Shown in pieces: positions 27,859 to 38,589 of a DNA stretch of 64,000 nucleotides. Origin of the DNA: Octopus sinensis (Eukaryota). Below the pieces are notes generated by a model. It made no database searches and was not told the origin of the DNA. It saw only the letters and a list, made by a program, of their open reading frames with translations. The stretch's first letter is position 1, and each line of letters begins with the position of its first letter. Made by a program: the position numbers and the translations under genes. The stretch spans positions 7,750,001-7,814,000 of the forward strand of contig NC_043004.1 of NCBI RefSeq assembly GCF_006345805.1, in the 5' to 3' direction.

Positions 27859-28148
27859 ATCACAAGGCCAGCAGTGCCAAAATCACAAAGTATAGAAGGC
27901 CAGCGGTGCCAAAATCAAAAAGTATGGAAAGCCAGCGGTGCCAAAATCAAAAAGTATAGAAAGCCAGCGGTGCCAAAATCAAAAAGTATGGAAAGCCAGC
28001 TGTGCCAAAATCAAAAAGTATGGAAGGCCAGCGGTGCCAAAATTAAAAAGTATGGAAGGCCAGCGGTGCCAAAATCAAAAAGTATGGAAGGCCAGCGGTG
28101 CCAAAATCACAAAGTATGGAAGGCCATAATTTGTGATTTTGGCAGCGC
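27859..28148. repeat. 32-bp minisatellite (gaaggccagcggtgccaaaatcaaaaagtatg) x about 8.5, ending in an inverted unit
   Basis: gtgcc recurs every 32 nt from 27874 to 28098; 28130-28148 is the reverse complement of the unit (18/19). Confidence 0.95.
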
Positions 28149-28907
28149 TAAAATTTTTAGGTAAAATTTTTTGGTGCAATTTTCAGTGGAACTCTTCGAA
28201 AAGGTTTTGCGGAAAATTTTCGTAAAATTTTTAGGTAAAATTTCTGTGAAAATTTTCGAAAAATCTTTGGGGAAAATTTTTGGGGAAAGTTTTCTATGAA
28301 AATTCTCGAAAAGTTTTTGGTGAAAATATTTGGTGAAAATTTTCGAAAAATTTTTGGGTAAAATTTTCGGTGAAAACTTTCAAAAGATTTTTGGGTAAAA
28401 TTTTCGAAAAATTTTTGGGGAAAATTTTCGCTAAAATTTTCAGTGAAAACTGGAAAATTTTCCGTGAAAATTTTCGAAAAGTTTTTGGAGAAAACTTTTG
28501 GTGAAAATTTTCGGAAAATTATTTGGTAAAATTTTCAGTGAAACTCTTCCAAAAATTTCTGCGGAAAATTTTCGAAAAATTTTTGGGGAAAATTTTCGTA
28601 AAATTTTTGGTTAAAATTTTCGAAAAATCTTTAGGGAAAATTTTCGAAAAATTTTTTGGTACAATTTTCAGTGGAACTCTTCGAAAAGTTTTTGGAGAAA
28701 ATTTTCGTAAAATTTTTAGGTAAAATTTCTGTGAAAATTTTCGAAAAATCTTTGGGGAAAATTTTCGGCAAAAATTTTTGGTGAAAATTTTCGAAAAATT
28801 TTTGGAGAGAAGTTTCGGCAAAAATTTTCAAAAAATTTTTGGGAAAATTTTCGGTGAAAATTTTGGAAAAATTTTTGGGTAAAATTTTCGGGGAAAATTT
28901 TCGAAAA

Positions 28908-29079
28908 CCCATATGCTGAAGTCTATATCGTTATAGTTGTTAAGTGTAAAGCAGAATCTGGTGTATCGGGGATGGTGAGGCATCTTGACTGTAATATTAA
29001 ACCAGAATTCACTCTATACACAGAAAGCAGCAGCAAGAGCTACATAAAAATCTATTTTTAGCCATAACATCTATTTTTA
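28908..29079 (-). mobile_element. CRESS-like ori/Rep fragment, copy 3 (two internal deletions)
   Basis: ATG at 28983: MPHHPRYTRFCFTLNNYNDIDF...; nonamer at 28999-28991; 10 and 18 nt deletions. Confidence 0.72.
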
Positions 29080-29556
29080 TTTCGGGTAAAATTTTCGAAA
29101 AATTTTTGGTACAATTTTCGAAAACTTTTTGCGTAAAATTTTCGAAAAATTTTTGAAAAATTTTTGGGTAAAATTTTCGGTGAAAACTTTCGAAAAATTT
29201 TCACCAAATATTTTCACCAAAAACTTTTAGAAAATTTTCATGGAAAACTTTCCCCAAAAATTTTTGGAAAATTTTCGCCGAAAATTTTCCCCAAAACTTT
29301 TCCCAAAAATTTCACCAAAAATTTTCAAAAAATTTCACCGAAAATTTTCCACAAAAATTTTTCGAAAATTTTAAACAAAAATGTTTAGAAAATTTTCGCT
29401 GATAATTTTCCCCGAAAATTTTCCCAAAAATTTTTCCAAAATTTTCATCGAAATTGGTACAATTTTCAGTGTCATTACCTGAAGCGTTCTCATGTCAAAG
29501 TAATTAAGAAATATAAAAATAATTTATAGGGTTAAATGACAGGTAACTAAACTTAC

Positions 29557-29736
29557 TCCAAATTTATTTGCAGATCTCTTGGAGACTGTCATCAGTTGCT
29601 GAATATACCATTGTGCCAATGGCAGAGACAATTTGGCTCCTTGAAGAACAATCAGTATAAGACGTATCAAAACTGAAGTCTTATGTCTCAGTTCCTTCTC
29701 TTGGATTAAAGCAGCAGACTTTATTGCTGAATCATT
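29557..29736 (-). CDS. CPLANE1: CPLANE1 coding exon 16
   Basis: tcctag|NDSAIKSAALIQEKELRHKTSVLIRLILIVLQGAKLSLPLAQWYIQQL...KFG|gtaagt; 180 nt, phase 0 to 0; missed by the ORF track. Confidence 0.9.
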
Positions 29737-30453
29737 CTAGGAAATAAATGAAAACACAAAAAACAATACAAAAAATGCCACTATGAAAGAAGAAACGGTA
29801 AATGTGTACGTTTATAAAATCATGCCAAATATGGTAAAAAAGCTTAACTATTTTTGATGGAATGTGAGGAAAGAATGAAATTCTTTAACATAATTCCAAC
29901 TCTCAAGATGTTGTATCTGACCGAAAAATTGACAGAAAAGAACCAAAAGAAATAATTTCTTCTTGACATTAATTTATTCAATTCCGGATCAGTGTCAAGT
30001 ACGAACATTAAAATAATGAGGATATCAACAATAATAAATTCATGTTTTTTTTAACACGGAATGTTTCCAATAAATCCTTTATGATGTAACTGCTTGGTTA
30101 TGATCATGGCTCTCATTTGAACTCATCCTCATCCTTTTAGGTTTGTTTTGTATGAATGGAACAGGTCATCACAGTCCACACCAGTCCTTAATCAGAGCTA
30201 TTCCCTCTCTCTTTCAGGTTTTCTAGTTTTAGCTTGGTTTCTACAGATGGATTAGGATTAGTGTTAGTCCACTATCACTGTCAATGATGACCAAAGACGT
30301 GACCTGGCAGAAGAGGACAGGGAATGGCTGGTCAGTCCAGTGCACGCTCAAAAGCCTCTGCCATGGGTCAGGCCTTGCACAGTTTGCATTTGCTTTGTGC
30401 CCCTGCAGCTATTGTTGTACAGATGGATGGATACCCTAACCCTAACACCAACA

Positions 30454-30906
30454 ACTTTGCAGCATACACTGGGTTAACTTTGCTGAGATACTAACTCTAA
30501 AGAGGCCAAGTCCTCAGCAAAACAACACCAAAGAGGCCTTTCATTGCTACATTGCTGCCACTTATTTGCCAACCATTTTGCAGAATGCTGTGACCAATTT
30601 AAAACATAAAAGAATAAGCATAATACATGTATAAAAAGGAAGTTATTATTTTTGTAGTAATGGTAGTATGAATTATTTCCAGTTTATATTCGGACTTAGG
30701 GTTTTCATGAATTATTCTTCCTTTGTCTTTCATAGTTACTCATAAATATTCTTTTATCACTGTTTATTATATGGAATGTTGGCTATTTTTGCTTTAATTT
30801 CGGATTTAGAATTCTTATAAAGTATTCTCTTCTTTTTTTTTTGCCTCTTCATCATTTTAATCGTCTATTTTATAAAATGGGAATATTTAAAATTTTCCAT
30901 TTGCAT

Positions 30907-30942
<36 letters not shown>

Positions 30943-31196
30943 TTAATTGAATAACGATGATAAAATAATAATTGTTTAATGTATTGTATTATACTTGAAA
31001 TAATATTTTCTATAAATGTACTATGTTTATTGTTCTTTTGTTTTACATTGGTCACAGCATTCTGCAAAATGGTTGGCAAATAAGTGGCAGCAATGTAAGG
31101 CCCCTTTGAAAGGCCCCTTTGGTGTTGTTTTGCTGAGGACTTGACTTCTTTAGAGTTAGTATCTCAGCAAAGTTAACCCAGTGTATGCTGTAAAGT
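30454..31196. mobile_element. Inverted-repeat (MITE-like) element, about 170-bp arms around an AT-rich spacer
   Basis: 30454-30630 is the reverse complement of about 31016-31196. Confidence 0.7.
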
Positions 31197-32162
31197 CACA
31201 CAGGAATTCACTAGTGCCAGTCATCATCATCATCGTTTGACGTCCATTTTCCATGCCAGCATGGGTTGGACGATTTGACTGAGGATTGGCGAACCAGATG
31301 GCTGCACCAGGCTCCAATCTTTATCTGGCAGAGTTTCTACAGCTTCCTAACGCCAACCACTCCGAGAGTGTAGTGGGTGCTATTATGTGCCACCAGCACG
31401 AGGGCCAGTTTGGCGGTACTGGCAACGGCCACGCTCGAAAATGGTGTTTTTTACGTGCCACCTGCACAGAAGTCAGTCCAGCAGCACTGGCAACGACCTC
31501 GCTTGAATGAAAAAAAAGCACCCCCTAGATTCTATAAAGTGGTTGGCTTCAGGAAGAGTATCCAGCCATGGAAACCATGCCAAAGCTGGTACTGAAGCTT
31601 GATGCAGTTCTCTGGCCCTTCAGATTCTGTCCGTCCATGCTAGAACGGAAGATAGACATTAAATGATGATGTACTGAATGCATTTTATCATGGCACCAAT
31701 AAGTATATCATTAGTGAACAAAAAGATCTTTTGTAAAACCAAAATAATATCCTTTCACATAATCAATTTCTTTAATGTATGTCACCATCATCATTTAACG
31801 TCCATTGTCCATACTGGCATGGATTGGACAGTTTGACTGGGCTGGCATGCTGGAAGGCTGCGCCAGGATCCAGTCTGATTTGGCATCGTTTTCTATGGCT
31901 GTATAATATAATAAGGATCAAATATTTTATTGCGACAGACACGTAAAAGCACCCACTACACTCTCGGAGTAGTTGGCATTAGGAAGAGCATCCAGCTGTA
32001 GAAACTCTGCCAGATCAAGACTGGAGCCTGGTGCAGCCTTCTGGCTTGTCAATCCTCAGTCAAACTGTCCAACCCATGCCAGCATGGAAAGCGGACATTA
32101 AACGACGATGATGATGACGAAAAGAATAATAAATAAAATTTGAGTAACTAAAAATTACTTAC

Positions 32163-32383
32163 CAAATCAGAAGGCTGCCATAAATAAAATGGAGGTGCAG
32201 GTAGATGGAAATCACTTGGAACACTGGCAGAGAAATTGCTCACCATATTTTGAAGAGATTCAACTAGAACAGGGAAAAGCCAAGTGACCAAGTCAACACC
32301 ACAGACTATCCCGGTGGTCAATATACTATCAATGGCTGCGGTCAGCTGAATTTGATGATGGTCATCCTTCACTTCAAATACAT
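32163..32383 (-). CDS. CPLANE1: CPLANE1 coding exon 15
   Basis: tgaaag|(D)VFEVKDD...DFHLPAPPFYLWQPSDL|gtaagt; phase 1 to 0. Confidence 0.9.
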
Positions 32384-33307
32384 CTTTCAAAGAGACAGAC
32401 AATGATATGGAGGCATTAAATGTGATACACATAAATGCATTCCAGTTAAGGATGACATAGAAACATCACAATAAATTCAATAAAATAAGGAAACAAGTGG
32501 ACAGTCACCTCCTGCCACTCACATATGAGAGCCAATGGCTGAACGGTCAAAATATTGGAACACTGATAATATCATTGTGAGTACAGAGCTTACTACAACT
32601 ACCATAACAACATGTAAAACGGCCATCATCAGCATCGTCATCATTTAATGCCTGTCTTCCATGCTGGCATGGATTGGACAGTTTGATAGGAGCTGCACCA
32701 GTTTCCAGTTGTGCGTTTTGGCATGGTTTCTATGGCTGGATGCCCTTCCTAATGCCAGCTGCTTTACAGACTGTACCAGGTGCTTTTTTTACATGGCACC
32801 AACACCAGTGGGGTCATCAATTAACTCGCAAGACAAAGACCCCCCCTGGCTGAGAGAGGGAGTAGAACCGAAAGAGGTGGCTTTGTGCTGGTTGAGAGGT
32901 TAAGGTATAATGGAGGGATTCAGTGACTAATGCTGTGGTCAGAAAAGTGATGGAGGGGGATGGGTGTGGGGAAGAGACATGCCATGAACAAACTCGGTGT
33001 AGAGAAACAGACATAAATGATATGCTTTTAGGACCTTCAATTGTCCTGATATGGATGGGTCTTCTCAAACAAAGCAAATTACCAATCATCTTAACCCTTT
33101 GGCATCTCCTTCATGAGACTCAACATCCATAGGTCAATCTCACCTACTTTTTCAACTAAACCTATTTCAATCAACTAAAGCTACTTTTTAAAATGTGACC
33201 ACTACCCTAGTGGTCATCAGATCACATTTTAAATCATTGTAACGTCATAACAACAACAACAACAGGGCAAGCCACAGTGTAACACAGATGAATCTGTGTA
33301 TGATTAC

Positions 33308-33429
33308 CTTTATATTCGTTACAAGTGGAAGACATTGTATTTGGATGTGTAGGTAACAAAACAGACAGTTTCCTCTTCAAGATTTCAGATGGATGAAGAT
33401 CTTCTGGAAGGCTGAGTTCCAAAGAATCT
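33308..33429 (-). CDS. CPLANE1: CPLANE1 coding exon 14
   Basis: ttttag|DSLELSLPEDLHPSEILKRKLSVLLPTHP...NEYK|gtaatc; phase 2 to 1. Confidence 0.87.
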
Positions 33430-34267
33430 CTAAAAAAAGAGAAAATTATAATAAAGAAACGGTACATAGAAATTATTTCAATGTTTAGGAAAGAAACCAA
33501 ACTATTATATTCACTTTTTGGTTCTGACAGCAAGAAGGGAAGGAGGAAATAACCAGCATTGACAGAGTTTGGGTCAAAGAGTTATCATCATCATCAGCGT
33601 GTAACGTCCGCTTTCCATGCTAGCATGGGTTGGACGATTGACTGTGGGCTGGCGAACCAGATGGCTGCACCAGGCTCCAATCTTGATCTGGCAGAGTTTT
33701 TACAGCTGGATGCCTTCCTAACGCCAACCACTCTGAGAGTGTAGTGTGTGCTTTTACGTGCCACTGGCACAGGGCCAGTCAGGCGGTACTGGCAATGACC
33801 TCGCTCGAATCCTTTACACATGTCACCGGCACAGGTGTCAGTAAGGCGATACTGGTAACGATTACACTCGAATGGTGTCTTTTACGTGCCACCGGCACGG
33901 AGGCCAGATACCTGCTCTGGCAATGATCACGCTTGGATGGTGCTCTTAATACTCTACTAGCACGGGGTTCAAGTGCCAGTTCTGTTGGTATTTATTGCAA
34001 TGAGGAATTCTGAAAATAGGTGGAGTTGATAGACAAGACCGTAACTAGGTGGTTCTTGTGTCAGACAGGAGTGAAAGGTTTACCAAAGCTAAGAGCAACA
34101 AAACTACATGTCTCAAAGTTCTGAAGAGTCAAACAAAGGCATCAATTTTCAAAGAAACCAATGTGAAAACAACATGGAAAGAAAAAGACCATATTAAGCA
34201 TACTGTCACCACCACCACCACAACCACAACCACCACAATTATCTGTAAATGTGTAAACATAACCAGC

Positions 34268-34493
34268 CTTTCATAGAGCAGAGGAAAGATTGTCCTGTGT
34301 TTCATGAGTGCAGCGGAGATTGTAAGAGCAGCTTTCCAGTCACCAACTTTGTTGGAAAACCAAGCAGCTTCTGGGACAAGGCCACTGAGTAGAAGATATT
34401 CCAGGCATCGACTGACTGTCCATATATCTTCCAGACCACTTGAGCTGATGACTGAAGTCACATCTTGCTGGAACTTTGGTATAATTCGTTCTT
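34268..34493 (-). CDS. CPLANE1: CPLANE1 coding exon 13 (3' boundary at an inferred GC donor)
   Basis: ttttag|(K)ERIIPKFQQDVTSVI...GLVPEAAWFSNKVGDWKAALTIS...LLYE; phase 1 to 2 if the donor is AAG|gctggt. Confidence 0.85.
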
Positions 34494-34844
34494 CTAAAAT
34501 TCACACAGAAATATCATAGAAAAGCAACAATTAAAATATACAAATGAAAAAAAAAGTACAATAAGAATTTCAAATTTCATAATTATATTTCTAAAGAAGA
34601 CTAAATAATACATCTTTGTAGATTATATTGTTGATATTTGAAAGTCTTTGAAATGATTAACTGAACTAGCAAAATTTTTACAGCAAGACTAGCTAACTTT
34701 AAGTGAGTTTTGGTTAAAGATCATATGATCTCTATGCTTCATCAGGAAATGAAAAATGAAATTTAGGAAATATTTAGTAATATCTGTTTTTAAACTAAAA
34801 CTTGGATTATACCACAAATTATGTACGGGTTGGATGGTTGGATA

Positions 34845-35390
34845 TCATCATCATCATCATTGTTTAACGTCTGCTTTCCATGCTAGCATGGGTTGGACGA
34901 TTTGACTGAGGTCTGGCGAACCAGACTCCAATCTGATCTGGCAGACTTTCTACAGCTCTTCCTAGCGCCAACCACTCCGAGAGTGTAGTGGGTGTTTTTA
35001 CGTGCCACTGGCACGAGGGCCAGTTAGGTGGTTCTGGCAACAGCCACGTTCAAATGGTGCTTTTTATGTGCCACCTGCGCAGGAGCCAGTCCAGCGGCAC
35101 GGGCAACGATCTCACTCGAATGCTTTTTTCATGTGCCACCAGCACAAGTGCTGGCCTGGTGACACAGGTAACGATCTACCTCGAATGGTGTTTTTAACGT
35201 GCCATCGGCACGAAGGCCAGCTTGTTGCTCTGGCAACGATCTCACTCGTATGGTACTCTTAGCGCTCCACTAGCACGGATGCCTGTCACCAAGTTGGATT
35301 TCGATTTCACTTGCCTCAACTGGTCTTCGCAAGCAGAGTTTAGTGTCCAATGAAGGAAAGGCATGCACTAGTGGACTGGTTACACAAATA
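34845..35390 (-). mobile_element. RTE LINE 3'UTR copy (representative of more than 20 in the window)
   Basis: Same family, both orientations, at about 11080-11630, 13050, 16140-16605, 17570-17970, 24600-24940, 26250-26490, 31222, 31930, 33585, 41050, 45245, 45760, 50640, 53995, 56835, 57370, 58650, 59590 and 63375. Confidence 0.85.
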
Positions 35391-35531
35391 TATATTGTTT
35401 TACTAAATTAACACACACACACACATATGTATACACACACAAGTGTGTATGTTAATAAATATATATATGTGTGTGTATGTATGAAATGGTAGATGAAGGT
35501 ATAAGAAACTGCAAATAGATTAATTCCTTAC

Positions 35532-35691
35532 TCAAGGTATGTGGAGAGGCATGACATAAATGAGGAAGTGGTGATGGCGAATTTGGAGGGAAAATAAACA
35601 GCTGCATGTTGCAAAAATACATGGCCATGTAACGTGCAAGAGTCTGCACTACTTGTCGGATTGCTGGATTCTTGATGCAAGGCACTTTTTG
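35532..35691 (-). CDS. CPLANE1: CPLANE1 coding exon 12
   Basis: cttcag|QKVPCIKNPAIRQVVQTLARYMAMYFCNMQLFIFPP...PHTL|gtaagg; phase 0 to 1. Confidence 0.92.
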
Positions 35692-36439
35692 CTGAAGAGC
35701 GAGAAAGAGAAAGAGATATTTGAAGGAGTGAAACAAAAAAACAATTAGCAAAATAAGTAAGGCAAGGCCTCTTTATTAAGGGGACAGTGCAGTTAAATCA
35801 AGGGACAAGAAACTAGGAAGACTACGAAAGGTCAATTCCTTGAGTGGCAGAAAGGGAGAATGGAACTAAATACCTTTTGGTATTTACCTAAATCCTTTTG
35901 CATTCCAAATTCAAATCCTTAACATTATAATTCCTTTGTTAATAATAAGAACAGTAACAATAATATTTTTTATTATAAGCACAAGGCCTGAAATTTTTTG
36001 GCAGGAGAGGCCAGATGATCACATTCTTTTCTACCCAAGCCACAAGTCCCAACATTTTTGGAGAGGGTGCTAGTCATTTAGATTGACCTTAGTACACAAC
36101 TGGTACTTAATTTATCAACCCCGAAAGGATGAAGGACAAAGTTGACCTCAGCAGAATTTGAACTCAGAACATAAAGACAGACAAAATACGGCTAAGCATT
36201 TCGTCTGGCGTGCTAATGATTCTGCCAGCTCACCACCTTTGATCACATTGACCCCAGTGAACAGCTGGTACTTTGACCCTGAAAGCATGAAAGACAAAGT
36301 TGACCTCAGTTTACACTCAGAACATAAAGACGGACAAAATGCCTAGCGTCATTTTGTCCGTCTTTATGTTAACGAGTCTACCAGCTCATTAAAGGTGGAC
36401 AGTGGGACAATCCCCAGGATGAATTCAATCAATAGTTGC

Positions 36440-36720
36440 ATTCATCTCACATGTGATAACAGCTATTTGACATAACTCCATAAATTGGCAATGCTTGTAC
36501 ACTGGACAAATGCATGCAGAATGGTTTCACTGCTTTGTGCACAACTTAGACAGTCCTGTTTTGGCAGTGATTCTATACCTGTACAACTTATCTTGAACTG
36601 ACAGTGATTCCACACTTGCAGAGCTGATCTTGAAGTGGCAATGCTCCTTGCTAGCACTGCCAGACCAGGGATTTCTGGAAGTTGTTCACGGGAGCACCAG
36701 GATTGAAAGTTCTTTAAAAC
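36440..36720 (-). mobile_element. L1/Tx1-clade LINE C-terminal fragment
   Basis: CLSCAQSSETILHAFVQCTSIANLW is a CCHC zinc knuckle of the L1/Tx1 type. Confidence 0.65.
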
Positions 36721-37813
36721 AGATCAACTCATCAATGTCTAAAGTTTCTCAAAAAAAGTCTCACTCTTATCCACCACTAGATTTCTATATATCATTAATG
36801 TAGAACTTCTACCGACTGCACTGCCCAACTGAGAGAGGGCAGTGTGCACCTGATGACATTCTAAGGCCACAAATTTGGAGGCGAAGTCAACTGAACAACT
36901 TGACCCCAGTATTTTTATTTTATCAACTCATACTTGACTGAAAAACAAAGTTGATCTTTTGGAGGAGGGATTTAGTGGATTAAATTGACCCCAGTAATTC
37001 ACAGGTATTTTATTTTATTGAGCTGGAAGGATGAAAGGTGAAGCTGACTTTAGCAGAACGTAAAGAACCAAAGATTACCAACAATAAAGAAACAAATTTT
37101 ATTGCGGGAAGGGTTTTATACAGCCATGAAAAACTTAACTGATATTTATTTTGCAACTTTATAAAAGCCAATTTAAACTCATAATGCAATGATACAAGTT
37201 TAAATACAGTTACAACATTAATTTTCCTGAACCTATGGTTCTAAAGCTATTCTGGATAACTAATTTTTCCATGCCATGAGTGGTCACTTCTAAATGAAAC
37301 AAATATTAAATTTACTTAGATAATTCAATGAAATACAGGTTCTTCTTCTACATTAGCGCAATTAATATAAGTTTACTAATGCAAGATGCTGTGAAACTGG
37401 GCTTCCTAGTGAACTAGTCTGGTGGCCACTGGAATTTGAGGTTCTTGCTTGTAGATTGGTGGGAATTGTAAGAGTTCCCGACTGTCAGAATCCAGAAGGT
37501 CATTGTTGCATTTGTCCTGCTGAGCATTTAATCTGACATCGGATGGATTCTACCACTCAAAAGAACAGCTTCTTTCATCAGCTCAAGGCCACCCATTTGT
37601 AGGGGAAGAGTATACAGTCAAGAATTAATCTTAGTACTGACAGGACAAGTCCATATTTTATTATTACCCAGCAAGATAAAAGCTGAAGAAAATATCACCA
37701 GAAGAAATTCAAATTCAAAATATCAAGGCATGAATCTAAATATTTGTAAGAATTTTTAGAAAAATAAAGAATAAACAATAAAGCTGGTCTGAAGAAGTTT
37801 TCAATAATTGTAC

Positions 37814-38031
37814 CTGAGCTGATATGGAAGTGTTCATGATGGTAAGAAACGATGGTGGATTCAGATCCTGTGAATTCCCGATTTGATCTTTTGAGATGGC
37901 CTTGATGTCATCTTTCAGAACTAGAGTCTCCACCATTTCCATGGCTTTTGCTAACTGACCTCTCAGTAAATAAGTGTAGAGGAGGGCATGAAGAATACAG
38001 GAAGAAGTGGTATTCGAGAAATAAGTTGCAT
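37814..38031 (-). CDS. CPLANE1: CPLANE1 coding exon 11
   Basis: tttcag|(D)ATYFSNTTSSCILHALLYTYLLRGQL...TSISAQ|gtacaa; phase 1 to 0. Confidence 0.85.
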
Positions 38032-38589
38032 CTGAAAGAAGAGCAAAGGAGGTATGATAGAACCGTGGTGCCAAAGACCGAAATGTGTTTGTATAAAAAC
38101 GTGTGGGTGTGTGTGTGTGTACAAATACAGAGACATAAGAGTGTGTGCGTATACATACATACATATATATATGTACGGATATAGAGGTGTGTGTGTAAAA
38201 AGATGGCTGCATGGCTGAGAAGTTTGATTCCCAATAATGTAGTTTCAGCTTCAGTTCCATTGCATGGCACCATGTATGTATGTATGTATGTATGTACGTA
38301 TGTACGTATGTATGTATATTTATTTATTTATTTATGCACACACACACACTCTGTAGTCCTGGGTTAACCAAAGTCTTGTGGCTGGATCTGGCAGATGGAA
38401 ACTGAAAGGAGCCTATAGTGTGGGTGCAATGTGGCAGGATATATGATTACCAGTCAAAGAGTTAACTAAGATATATCAAAGTGTTATACCCAATGACTAG
38501 CATAGCAGTATCATTGTTGATTGCTACAAAGGTAAAGGAGATACCTACAAAGGTAAAGACAGGTAACCTTAGAGGAATCAAAGAATCCG

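Larger units (their letters stand above)
26510..29471. repeat. Palindromic A4T4 satellite array (core cgAAAATTTTcg, 10-12 bp period) with higher-order blocks and embedded inserts
   Basis: Directly visible; the sub-block ggtacaattttcagtggaactcttcg recurs near 27610, 28172 and 28658; polarity flips near 29190. Confidence 0.95.

Noticed and set aside
26382-29388. K/F/I/N-rich ORFs on both strands
   Set aside because: They arise from the stop-poor satellite; only the 34-aa Rep-like segment has protein-family character.
26510-29471. Canonical Helitron
   Set aside because: No clear 5'-TC / 3'-hairpin-CTRR termini or helicase; motif I and the nonamer are CRESS-type. A relationship to other rolling-circle elements remains open.
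30434-30446. Interstitial telomere repeat (ccctaa x2)
   Set aside because: Two units only; expected by chance or as part of a repeat.
37380-37620. Extra CPLANE1 exon in a coding-looking stretch
   Set aside because: The frame tested closes quickly, LPLQMGGL resembles a LINE remnant, and exons 11 and 12 join in phase without it.
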